Shown here: positions 1-9,728 of the stretch, one piece after another
How the letters are laid out: every line of letters begins with the position of its first letter
How positions within the stretch are numbered: position 1 is the first letter of the stretch
Assembly (NCBI GenBank): GCA_018985225.1
Contig: JADGIF010000270.1
Coordinates: 1-12,196 of the forward strand
DNA length: 12,196 nucleotides
Direction of reading: 5' to 3'
Source: Amoeboradix gromovi X-113
Taxonomy: Eukaryota; Fungi; Sanchytriomycota
Position numbers and translations under genes: made by a program
Notes under the pieces: model-generated
Seen by the model: only the letters and a program-made list of their open reading frames with translations
Told to the model about the DNA's origin: nothing
Database searches by the model: none

Positions 1-296
1 ATGATAGCATTTCCTCCGTATGGAGCACCTCCTTTAAAAACGAGTTAGTCTAGTTTTTATATTTGGTGTCCCATATTGACTATGAAAAAGAATATTGAAA
101 TCTCGGAAACAAATGCTGTTTCCTTAACTACATTCGAACAAACGCTTCATGTTTTTTCAGCTTATATTAAATGATTGCCTTTCGAGGTTCAAATATTCGA
201 GACTAATAAACATCGTTTCATATATATCTCCTGGCTAGATACATTGCCCGTTTTCTCAAAGTTCGTCTCACATATTACCCCGTGTATTTCCATTTC

Positions 297-1505
297 ATGA
301 CAAACGACTACTTGGTAGACTCTGGAGTTAATATTGGTGAGGGTTCCTTTGCTCACGTTAGAAAGCTTGGCAAGTACGTAGAAAAGACTTCCAAACTATT
401 AAAAGGCTACAAATCTCATGAATGGTTGGACGAAGTTTTCTTATTAAAAATACTGCAATCTCCATATGTACCAGTTTTATACGACTACTGTATTTTGCAT
501 CACGATAGAGTTTGCATTCGGATGGGCTACGCTGGCATAGATCTCAAAGTCTTTTATAAAAATATAACTTGTGATGCCGACCGCGAAAGATACTTGAGGG
601 ACCATTTTATTCAAATATGCAAGGGTCTTCAGTATATGCATAGCATGCACATAGTGCATTGTGATATAAAGCCAAAAAATGTACTACTGCATAACGGTTT
701 AATTAAATTAATTGATTTTAATTTATCTCAGTTTGAAAACGGGATTAAAAATGAGTTTAGCGTATTTGCATGGCCATATAGACCATTGGAGATTATCAAT
801 AAACAGCGACTGTCATGCAAATCTGACTTATATGCTCTAGGCTGTATGTTATTCTATTTTAGATTTAATTGTGGGCCATTATTTATGTATAACAAGAACG
901 ATCCTCCCTCAAATGAATTACATATGGGACTCCTACAGGATTTCAAAGTTTTGATTGCAAATAACCACTTTATGGATCCAGTTCTGAATAGCGCTGTTAA
1001 ACACTGCTTAGAATTTGACATTAAAGAGAGGTATGATACTAGCGATGTTTTATCACTATTTAGTGAAGATAGCAAAAAAAGAAAGTGTAAATATATAGAA
1101 GCTTGCAACTCCAAACCATTTGGCGATTCTTACTCGGAGTTGGTGGACTTGTTTGCGTTGTTTGAAATACCGCCCAAAACATATGAAATACTGTTTTTAA
1201 CTTGCTGGTACACATGGTCAACTGTTAATTATGACAAGGATTGCCTTGGTGTCATGGTGTTTCTAATTATCAAGATGTTATGTAGAGGTGACTATCCTTT
1301 AATACAAAGAATAGAAATATTAGTTCCAATAGATGTTGAGTGGCTGCAAGAAAATGTGTATTTGAACGACTACGAGTTCCTTTTGACTTCTTACAAGCAC
1401 TATTTGGTATTACAGAACTCTAGTCGCAGAATTGAGCACGCATTTCACAAACTTGAATTTGATTCTGGAATAGATATATTAGCGCTATTAGATAAAGAAA
1501 TGTGA
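297..1505 (+). CDS. Divergent Ser/Thr protein kinase (CMGC/CDK-like) with ~140-aa C-terminal helical extension
   Basis: GEGSFAHV Gly loop, Lys in YVEK, Glu in WLDE, HCDIKPKN catalytic loop, DFN in place of DFG, WPYRPLE (YRxPE-like), DLYALGC. First ATG is at 297 (the ORF track start at 282 is GTG). Confidence 0.9.
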   Translation: MTNDYLVDSGVNIGEGSFAHVRKLGKYVEKTSKLLKGYKSHEWLDEVFLLKILQSPYVPVLYDYCILHHDRVCIRMGYAGIDLKVFYKNITCDADRERYLRDHFIQICKGLQYMHSMHIVHCDIKPKNVLLHNGLIKLIDFNLSQFENGIKNEFSVFAWPYRPLEIINKQRLSCKSDLYALGCMLFYFRFNCGPLFMYNKNDPPSNELHMGLLQDFKVLIANNHFMDPVLNSAVKHCLEFDIKERYDTSDVLSLFSEDSKKRKCKYIEACNSKPFGDSYSELVDLFALFEIPPKTYEILFLTCWYTWSTVNYDKDCLGVMVFLIIKMLCRGDYPLIQRIEILVPIDVEWLQENVYLNDYEFLLTSYKHYLVLQNSSRRIEHAFHKLEFDSGIDILALLDKEM

Positions 1506-1996
1506 TCATAATAATACCACCACGGATATTGGTGATATACTTTTAATAAACTATGGGTACTTCTATAAATATACCGTTGACTTTGAGTGTGTAAAACAGG
1601 GCTGTATGGCCAAAGCCTTGCATACACCTTTGCTACAATAGTGCTACTCGGTATTGGACCATAATGGTTAGAATCCAATGAACTAGAGTTACTGTCACCT
1701 TCAACCCAAACCATACCCTTGTTTAATATAATCGCTTGGCTACCAAAAACAGAGTTAGGATCAGTTAGAACATGTTTGAGACTAACTATACGCTTAACTT
1801 GTAACCTTCCATTTGGAGCTTCCAACATCACTACATCCCCAACTCGATAATTCGACGATTTAAAACCAAGTAGAATATCACCATGATTTAGACAGGGCAT
1901 CATAGAAGTCCCATTAATTTTGATCACACAAAAATTGTTCACTACAAAATGAGCAACCAAAAGGGTGGGGCCAACATACTTGAATGATATGAACAT
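1445..1996 (-). CDS. Mitochondrial inner membrane peptidase (IMP1/IMP2, S26 family)
   Basis: GTSMMPCL (catalytic Ser), GDVV, VKRI (catalytic Lys), VWVEGD...SLDSNHYGPIP and RLWP motifs. DSN is slightly more IMP2-like but not decisive. The C-terminal tail is uncertain. Confidence 0.9.
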   Translation of the reverse strand: MFISFKYVGPTLLVAHFVVNNFCVIKINGTSMMPCLNHGDILLGFKSSNYRVGDVVMLEAPNGRLQVKRIVSLKHVLTDPNSVFGSQAIILNKGMVWVEGDSNSSSLDSNHYGPIPSSTIVAKVYARLWPYSPVLHTQSQRYIYRSTHSLLKVYHQYPWWYYYDHISLSNSANISIPESNSSL

Positions 1997-2017
1997 AAGG
2001 GTGTTAGAAAAATCTAT

Positions 2018-3142
2018 TTATTTTAATTTAGGATTGACATATATATTGTACTCGTCTCTATTGGACGAAAACCACCTTAAATTATCCCAAATAGGGTGAT
2101 ATGGATGAAAAGATTTGTTTATCAGATTTTTTGTTATCAAATTTGGTTGTATCCCATTCTTGTCCATGTCATGCAACAAAGAAGATTGTGTTTTTTTCTT
2201 GGAGTTCATGATCATTATGTTATATGTAGTGACATCTTTTCTAATTTTACAAAACTTGTCAAATATTTCAAATTTAATTGGGTTATTACGAACCGAAAGT
2301 AGCAAAGAGTTAACATGATTAATATGAACTTGCTTACCAGACTGCAAGAGCCAGTTGAATATCTGAAAGCAATTCAAATGCTCGTTATTTTTAGCAAAAG
2401 CAAAAATCAGGGTTCGGTAAAGACGTTGCGAAGGCAAATTATATCCATGAAAACTGTTGAACCCCATATAGGAATTGATAACGACTTCCTTTGGTTTCCC
2501 AAATCTTTCTATAAAGTCATCAGAAATGTTAGAAAAAGTTCTACTTCCCTTAGTCTTAGTGTTATTAGACATCAAACGCAGAGATTCTTCAAAATATGAT
2601 CTCATTTTTATATCATAGTCTGTGCGATCAACAATTCTGTGAGGCTCCAACAGAAACGAATCAATATCAATTAACGGATTAAGAATTTCTCTAATTTTGT
2701 TTAAATCTGGTATCTGAGAGTATAATTTAACCATGGTCTCTATGGCAATGGGCTTAATAGGCTGTAAGCTCTTAAATATTGACTCAGCTTGATCAATTTG
2801 GAATGTATATGCAAAATGAAATAATAGGTCGTTTTTCAATTTGGTATCTATCAAATTTCGCTCCTCTAACATTTTCCAATATTCTTCTACTCTGCTTGTT
2901 GAATATGATCTGGTATATAATGTGAATATGTTTTTAATTAAATTATTGGGATAATATCCTAGCGCATTCGCCAATTTCATATAAGCCCATATTCCCTTTT
3001 GACTTGAAATGTTATTTTTAAAAATATCACGAGTCATTTTGTAGTCTATTAATTTCTCAATCGTATTCTTACTGTAGTAGGTTGGGTTATTTACAGCAGT
3101 GTTCCACATATTTACAAAGTTCAATCGATTTATGACAGCCAT
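2018..3142 (-). CDS. Pentatricopeptide repeat (PPR) protein, probably mitochondrial RNA-binding
   Basis: PPR-like motifs LYRTLIFAFAKNNEHLNCFQIFNWLLQSG, IDQAESIFKSL and DVTTYNIMI...LLHDMDKNGIQPNLIT. TAA stop lies within AATAAA. Confidence 0.75.
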   Translation of the reverse strand: MAVINRLNFVNMWNTAVNNPTYYSKNTIEKLIDYKMTRDIFKNNISSQKGIWAYMKLANALGYYPNNLIKNIFTLYTRSYSTSRVEEYWKMLEERNLIDTKLKNDLLFHFAYTFQIDQAESIFKSLQPIKPIAIETMVKLYSQIPDLNKIREILNPLIDIDSFLLEPHRIVDRTDYDIKMRSYFEESLRLMSNNTKTKGSRTFSNISDDFIERFGKPKEVVINSYMGFNSFHGYNLPSQRLYRTLIFAFAKNNEHLNCFQIFNWLLQSGKQVHINHVNSLLLSVRNNPIKFEIFDKFCKIRKDVTTYNIMIMNSKKKTQSSLLHDMDKNGIQPNLITKNLINKSFHPYHPIWDNLRWFSSNRDEYNIYVNPKLK

Positions 3143-3212
3143 GTACTCCTTTGCAACTCCTGAAATGCTGCAATAGATCTGAAGTAACGGACAAATATTA
3201 AATCAATATTTA

Positions 3213-5994
3213 TTAAATGCTTGTAGTAGTCCATATCTTGCTCAGTTTCCCGCTTATTGCCGGATGCGCATATTCTTTGTTCTGAGCAATATCTGGATGA
3301 TGCTGTGGTAACACATGTTTGTAGTCTCCAAACACCATCCTTTCCTCGTCTCCATACACCTGCGCATTACTTATGTCAACACCTGGTGCCGGTTCTGTAT
3401 ACTCAGGTGATCCTACGGCATGTTCACTAATCAATGATCCTGGTAAGTATGTTAGCCTTTCACTCAAAACTGTGTTTGTATAATATATCAACAGAAAGTC
3501 AACTAATACTAGTGGTGTTAGCCCAGCTGATAATCCTATTTGTTTCTTTGTGGTCATGTACGCTATTGATGTTAAGTGATACATTAGTAATGCCACAAAT
3601 GTAAAATTGGACGCATTATTCACTATCATCTTTCCTCCAGTCTCATATCTACGCTCGTATATAAATAAAAAACAGTATTTAGTACATATTTTTAGCACTA
3701 GAAAGTATAGCGCACATACTGGCATCATCATTGGCTCTATTACACTATATACGATAGCCAACAGAAACACGAACATCGGTACAGGCATTAATGTTCCGTA
3801 ATCAATTGCAGGTGCTGTCTTTAAATTGGTTTCCCTTTGTCTTGGTGTTCGCGAAAACACAGAAGTCAGTTTAGCAACCACTATGGTCGCAAACCTAGTA
3901 ATATATAACGGAAGTTGTACTAATGCTTGTAGCCACACATAAATTACCTATATGAGTTGTTTTTACCATTATTGGTGCAATATCGTTTATAATAGTGCTA
4001 ACTCTATCCTGTATATCTGCAAACTTCTGGTTGTAAATTGCATCCAGCAAGAAAGCTATGACGGCTGCAGATGCTTGATACAATATCAAGACATTAATCA
4101 CCAGAAACGAGAAGTATTTAACGATTACGTCATGTTCAATTCTACTCCATGAGACTAATCCTTGAAATTTTGCAGTAATTGTAAACAATGTTGGTAAGCC
4201 TCCTACACTGATATTCAATATAAGAGGAGGTACAACAGATTGGAGAAAGGCTGCTGTATCTGGATTTGGAATGAAAGAATTGAAAAATTTAGGACTTAAA
4301 AAAGGAGCCGTAAGAAATGCCATAACTAAATTCCAGAATATTATTAATGCAAATATTCCCGCTAAAACAGCGAAATATCGGATGTAGTTTACTATGGGTG
4401 GAAATGAAAGATTGGCGTAGTACAAATCAGTGTAGCTAGGCGCCATTGAACATGATAATACAATTGGAACCCTGTGCATTAGTATTTGTGACGCCACTTG
4501 TGCACTCACTGTTGATTTGAACGTAACAATAGCCGATGAAGTAGGTTCAAAGTCCTCTATATCCACGATATCATCTAATCCATTTATTGGTCTTTCTAAA
4601 TCTACATTGCTCATGGCTTTTTGAAGTCTATCTAGTTTGGTGAGCTCTAATAACTTCTTAGTTATAGTCTTAAATTCTAGGTACTGCTCCATTAGAAATT
4701 CCCTGCTCGTCTCCGTATTAAACTGTTCCAATTCTTGCCTGTATTTAGCACTATACTCCTCGTCAAAGGCATCTATGTTCTGTTTGTACCATTCTCTTAC
4801 CTTCAGCGTTTGTATATCATACTTTTTGAATTTTTCAAAATAGTGGTCAATAGCATCGTGCTGATATGATGATGGGTATTCATTATTATTATCCCTACAC
4901 ATATGCAGCACATGATATATAAACCAATAAGAAGGCGCAAAAATATTTCCAAGTATGCATCTCTTCCATTTCAGTGGCCTCTGTGCATTCGGTAAATCTT
5001 GGAATATCATGTGAGGCAGTGGACTATGATTGGGTACAGCCACTGGGTTATTAGAGAAGCAGAACAAGTCATAAGCTGGAAGGTTGGAAGTGGACTTCCT
5101 AAAGGGCAGTTTGGGCGGACTGTCCTTTGATAACAAATTTATCGAGGTTTGGGACATGCGAGAGGAATCAAGTGAATTTTTTTTGATGGAATCTTTCAGC
5201 CACTTTTCGTATAAACTTTCAAGAGTTGTTAGTGCTTGATATCGTCGTTTAATAATTTTTAGTAAAGAATTAAAGTTACGAAACACAATCACTTGTTCCA
5301 CCTCACCAATATCCATATTGGCAAAGAATTGCTGCAAAAATGGGCCAGAGCGCATCGGATGAGGAACACCTTGAACTATGACGCTTCTGGAATTGATGTA
5401 ATTGCGTCTAGTGGCAGTAAGCAAGAACTTCTGACGAAGAGATATAAATAATGAATTTAGCTTGAATACGTAATAATAAATAGATAAAGAGATGATGTAG
5501 TAGTAAGAAAAATGGAAATACCAAGCAATAGAGTCTAGCGGTAGTAAGTCAGGCGAAGTTTCAAACGAATTTTTTCTGGATGCCGACTCATTTGTGGTAT
5601 CCTTGAAATACTCGTGGATGAAAAGCAAAGGAAAGGTAGAGAATATGGTCCAAAATATGCACCATCTACCAGCCAAACTGACTATTTTGTTGAAACAATA
5701 AGCATCTAAACCTACGCTGTTCAGGTAAGCGTCATCAGAAATATCTACAATATCAATAAACCACCTCCATCCGTGACCTAAAACTGGCAAGGCATTCTTG
5801 ACATGATCAATGCCAAACTGTTTACGAGGTGAGTAGATGTTTTTCATTCTATCCCTCATTACACTAAAAAATATCATTAGGGCTAGAAAAGCAGCTATCC
5901 AAATGGTATTATTGCCTAACGTGTCCAAAGTGCTAATGTATGGCTGCTCTTCAGTATCGTTAGCATGGCTTAACGCCAAAAAGCAATGTATCAT
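3213..5994 (-). CDS. CSC1: CSC1/OSCA/TMEM63 osmo/mechanosensitive cation channel; 2 exons (5994-3967, 3947-3213), 920 aa
   Basis: IYSPR, GLDAYCF, SRSVIVQGVP, SAIVTFKS..AQ, MAPSYTDLYYANL, YSVIEP, KYCFLFIYE..YETGG motifs. The two track ORFs join in frame (…APIM|VIYVWLQAL…) after removing a 19-nt GT-AG intron. Confidence 0.92.
3948..3966 (-). other. 19-nt spliceosomal intron (phase 0) in the CSC1-family gene
   Basis: GTAAAAACAACTCATATAG on the minus strand; removal restores the reading frame and a conserved TM segment. Confidence 0.88.
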
Positions 5995-6032
5995 GTTTGC
6001 TAAACTTGGGGATTTTAAAATTTTAGGTCAGC
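5995..6032. promoter_or_regulatory. 38-nt divergent spacer, putative bidirectional promoter
   Basis: Head-to-head ATGs at 5994 (-) and 6033 (+); contains GGGG (6008-6011) and the palindrome ATTTTAAAAT. Confidence 0.5.
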
Positions 6033-6314
6033 ATGGAAGATGATAACGATTATTCACAAATCTTGAGAAGCTTACTTTTACATGGGAAACTAGACAAAAG
6101 CACTCATTATGGGACTTATGAACCGGAATTAAACGTTGTGTCATTAATTTGCAAGACTCTTGGGGTTGAAAAACCTCGAAAAATATCCAAACACGAGCAT
6201 TTGATTAAAAAAGAACCAATTCAAGATAAAGAGTCACTTATGCCTAGTAACGAGGAATTATTAAAAATGAGGCAGACATCAAAAGTTTTATATCAGCTAC
6301 GAAAAAATAAATAA
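6033..6314 (+). CDS. Hypothetical protein, 93 aa
   Basis: Fills the gap between two genes, ATG start, ends in AATAAATAAA like its neighbours; no recognisable family. Confidence 0.7.
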   Translation: MEDDNDYSQILRSLLLHGKLDKSTHYGTYEPELNVVSLICKTLGVEKPRKISKHEHLIKKEPIQDKESLMPSNEELLKMRQTSKVLYQLRKNK

Positions 6315-6353
6315 ACAAATATTTTTAAATTCAGAGGAGAAGTTTCCATACAA

Positions 6354-7580
6354 ATGATCGGTAGATTGTTCTGTTTTCCACAAGACCCTAGACAACTTAA
6401 AGCGAGAGTAGCGGCAGAGTATTGCAAAAAACAAATCAAGGTAGTAGAAGAGAATGTATTTGATCCAGCTTCTCAGTTCTCAAAGTTGTTTGTTAAAGGT
6501 ACAAAGGTTCCTGCATTTATTGATGATATTCAGAAAGTGCAAGTTATGGAATCTTCAGGAATCGCATACCACATTGCAAAGGTGTATGATGCAACCAACC
6601 AGTTGTTGGGCAAAACCAAAGTTGAGGAATCTCAAATTGCTCAGTGGATTTTTTACGCCGACACCAACCTTTTCTCTAATTCATTTGAATTATTCTGCTT
6701 GTACAATGGTTATCATAAGTACGATAAGGCAATGGAGGAGAAATGTATAGTCACTTTAAACAAATGTTTAACCTTTTTAGATAAGCATTTGTTGCACAAG
6801 ACTTATTTTGGTTCAGAATCCATCTCTTTGGCAGACATTATCATGGCATCATCTTTATCATGGTTGTATTCTTCGTATCTTGAAGAAAAAGATCGAAAGG
6901 CATATCAAAACTTAATGAGATGGTTTTCAACTTGCTTGAATCAAAACGAATTCAAGAAACATCATGGTGAATTCAAATTCTGTGAAAAGAGAGTCAAGGT
7001 GAAAGAGACAGGTCCTGCACAACAAGCGTCTTTGAAGAATGAAAAAGCAACCAAGCAGCCAAAGGAAGCAAAACCAGCTGCTCCAATTGAAGTCAAGGAA
7101 GTAAAAAAAAAGCATCCTTGCGAGGAATTGCCACCAACAGCAATGGTTTTAGATGAATGGAAGCGTGTTTACAGCAACAACGACACCAGACCGACAGCTA
7201 TTGATTGGTTTTGGAATCACTATGATTCAAACGGATATTCTGTGTGGCATGTACAGTACAAATACGCAGAGGAGCTGACCAAAACATTCATGACATCCAA
7301 CTTAATTGGAGGATTTTTCCAAAGGATTGAGAGAGCTCGCAAATACGCATTTGGATCATTGTTAGTGATAGGAGAGGACAATGACAACACAATTGAAGGA
7401 TACTTTGTGTTTAGAGGACAAGATGTGCTACCAGAAGTAGCTGATGCACCTGATTATCCGTCTTTTTCCTTTACAAAGGTCGATGTATTAAAAAATAAGC
7501 AGAAGTTTGAAGACTATTTAGCTTGGGATGGTGAATCATTTAAGACCAAGAAGTGTGCGGATGGCAAAATCTTTAAATAA
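6354..7580 (+). CDS. EEF1G: Translation elongation factor 1B gamma
   Basis: GST-like N domain (KVPAF, ESSGIAY, SQIAQW, SLADI, RWFST), Lys/Ala/Pro linker, C domain LDEWKRVYSN, FMTSNLIGGFFQR, RKYAFG, YLAWDG, DGKIFK. Confidence 0.98.
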   Translation: MIGRLFCFPQDPRQLKARVAAEYCKKQIKVVEENVFDPASQFSKLFVKGTKVPAFIDDIQKVQVMESSGIAYHIAKVYDATNQLLGKTKVEESQIAQWIFYADTNLFSNSFELFCLYNGYHKYDKAMEEKCIVTLNKCLTFLDKHLLHKTYFGSESISLADIIMASSLSWLYSSYLEEKDRKAYQNLMRWFSTCLNQNEFKKHHGEFKFCEKRVKVKETGPAQQASLKNEKATKQPKEAKPAAPIEVKEVKKKHPCEELPPTAMVLDEWKRVYSNNDTRPTAIDWFWNHYDSNGYSVWHVQYKYAEELTKTFMTSNLIGGFFQRIERARKYAFGSLLVIGEDNDNTIEGYFVFRGQDVLPEVADAPDYPSFSFTKVDVLKNKQKFEDYLAWDGESFKTKKCADGKIFK

Positions 7581-7593
7581 ATAATTGAATTTA

Positions 7594-8784
7594 TTATTCC
7601 CATAACTTTATTGAGTTGTCCCAAGACGCAGTTAAAACTCTGCTGGGCTGCTGAGGATCAAACTGGCAATCCATGACAACATCTTTGTGATTTTTATAAC
7701 TTAAGAGTATCTTTTGAGTCTTCCAGCTCCAAAAGTATAGTTTTCCGTGAGAATCGCCTGACATTACAAATTTGCCATCAGGACTAATATTAAGATTGCA
7801 GCCATATCCAGCTATATCATGGCCAGTAAAGCGTCTTTTTTTAGATATTCTATACTTTCCTGCACTGCCAAAACATAAAATAGCATTCGCAAATGACTGG
7901 CACAGTATCCACTCACCATCAGGGTGGATGACAGTATTGGAAATAGCATTTAAGCCCGGTTCACTTTTGTAGCCTACAGCTAGCGGCAAATCAAATTCAA
8001 AAACTCTCAAAGTTTTGTCATCTGCAGTGCTAACAAATCTAGCGCCATTATCAAGAAAATTTATCGAATTAATTTGACCTCTATGGTCATCATATTCGTG
8101 AATAATTTCATTGGCCCTGATATCTACCTGATAAATCTTACGATCTCCACAGCCAACCAGGAAAAGATGTTCTTTTTGAGGATGAAATTTTACAACATAC
8201 GGAATTTTACCCACGGTCCAGGTAAAAATGGACTTTTCTTTTTTCACATCAAATATTTTGACGTGTTTATCAAAAGAGGCAGAAATGATCTTGTTACCAG
8301 TGTGGCTCCAGTTCACATCGCGAACTCCCTTATTGTGACCCGCGATAGTTGCTAGACATTGTTTGTCGCGATATAGATCCCATATTTTCATTGTACAGTC
8401 ATTAGAGGCGCTAACAAAGACATGACCAAAATTGGGAAAGTACCTGGCACAATTGACGCCCTTTTTGTGACCTTCGTAGGTGAAAATTACTTTTTTAGGT
8501 ATCGTACAAATTTGACAATTGCCAACGTTTTTAAAGTTAAATTCTGATTTAGGTACATCAAAAATATCGATATCGACTTGCTTAACAAACTGCTCACTAC
8601 CAGGTGTGATCAACTGCTTCTTTGGAATAACGCGTTGGGATTGTATCCCTTGAGTCATGACTTCCTGATGAACTTCTCTTGATTTGTTTCGCTGCATTAA
8701 ATTAAACATTTTAGGAGTCATCTGAATAAAAGAATTTTGTGCCTTGGCTTCCTCTTCGCTGCTTGAATAATCAACAATATTCAT
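7594..8784 (-). CDS. CDC40: Pre-mRNA splicing factor Prp17/CDC40 (WD40), 396 aa from the likely start MNIVDYSSSEEE
   Basis: IPKKVIFTYEGHKKGV, HEYDDHRG, RFVSTADDKTLRV, KKRRFTGH.IAGY, SPDGKFVMSGD, terminal IKLWE. The ORF track start at 8835 is GTG; ATG 8784 gives a typical 'DYSSS' N-terminus. Confidence 0.95.
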   Translation of the reverse strand: MNIVDYSSSEEEAKAQNSFIQMTPKMFNLMQRNKSREVHQEVMTQGIQSQRVIPKKQLITPGSEQFVKQVDIDIFDVPKSEFNFKNVGNCQICTIPKKVIFTYEGHKKGVNCARYFPNFGHVFVSASNDCTMKIWDLYRDKQCLATIAGHNKGVRDVNWSHTGNKIISASFDKHVKIFDVKKEKSIFTWTVGKIPYVVKFHPQKEHLFLVGCGDRKIYQVDIRANEIIHEYDDHRGQINSINFLDNGARFVSTADDKTLRVFEFDLPLAVGYKSEPGLNAISNTVIHPDGEWILCQSFANAILCFGSAGKYRISKKRRFTGHDIAGYGCNLNISPDGKFVMSGDSHGKLYFWSWKTQKILLSYKNHKDVVMDCQFDPQQPSRVLTASWDNSIKLWE

Positions 8785-9489
8785 CCTTTGTTTTACATGT
8801 GAGACATCAAACATAAAAACTATATAACTTCCCACAAGTTGATTTCAACAAGTATCTATTGTAAGGCTAACTATGTTTGTTATCTTTCAATAGCTCAACT
8901 ATTTTATGGCTATATAATCAGGTAAAAGATGAATACAAAAATAAACATATTTGGCAAAGGGATGAGCTGCAAAAAGATTAAGTAAATGAAATATTGAAGG
9001 CTGTAGAAAGTTATAAATTGTGATTCAAATCGGCTATTACGGAACAGATTTTATGGTAATTGTGACACGTTCTATGAAAAGCAGATCGTAGGAGAGTTAA
9101 GGCGGATTATAAACTAAAAACACCGAGTTGTTGAATGACCTAAACCCACCAAAGATTATCCAAAACTGTATTAAAGAAATTTCATCCAACGATTATGCTA
9201 ACACCAAATCACCACTGACTAGCCATGAGGTCCACTTATAGACTAGTTTCAGCATTGTCACTTGCCAAACAAGTACAGGAAACGAAATAAGACGATAACA
9301 AACGGATTGCATAGATGACGGCAATTATAGGCACACGAATAGAGGTACTCGGAGTACTTTAAATAAGAAACTGATAGACTCACTTTGTAGGAAAGCATAG
9401 CACTTTCTACTAAGGAGTGCAGCACCTCAGATCCTGACATGGCTCTCATGAGAATCATGGCAAGCATACTGCATCAGCGCTCTTATAGT

Positions 9490-9690
9490 GTCCGTATCAG
9501 CCTGGTTTAATGGCTATCGGGTAGTCCCGGATCGAGATGTAGATCTGTGTTACAACATTAAAGTCACTCAGAATGCACTGGGCAACCGTGAAGGACCTGC
9601 TAGTAGAGTGCAGATATAAGCAACGAGATGCCGCCTTGTCTTACAGGTGATGTGGTGTGAGCCATTTCTACTCGATCGCTTCACTTTTTT
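9490..9690 (+). ncRNA. Candidate Pol III-type structured RNA (~200 nt), family unassigned
   Basis: A-box match TGGTTTAATGG (9503-9513); nested stems 9530-9536/9671-9677, 9550-9560/9648-9660 and 9574-9579/9607-9612; T6 run 9685-9690; GC 85/180 over 9481-9660. Confidence 0.35.
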
Positions 9691-9728
9691 GAAACTTTTG
9701 TTTTGAAAGTTTTCAAGTTTCGTGGAAG

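Noticed and set aside
1-280. Short ORF fragments on both strands at the window start
   Set aside because: Too short and truncated to support a call.
3895-3966. Programmed frameshift or pseudogene reading of the split CSC1 and ARPC2 ORFs
   Set aside because: Canonical 19-nt GT-AG introns restore both frames more simply.
9258-9467. 69-aa minus-strand ORF
   Set aside because: No homology cues and lacks the local stop/poly(A) signature.
9496-9550. Firm U2 snRNA or tRNA call
   Set aside because: GUAGUA is imperfect, GCUA and GAUC are separated by an insertion, and there is no stem IIa or correctly placed Sm site. A-to-B box spacing is too short for a cloverleaf.
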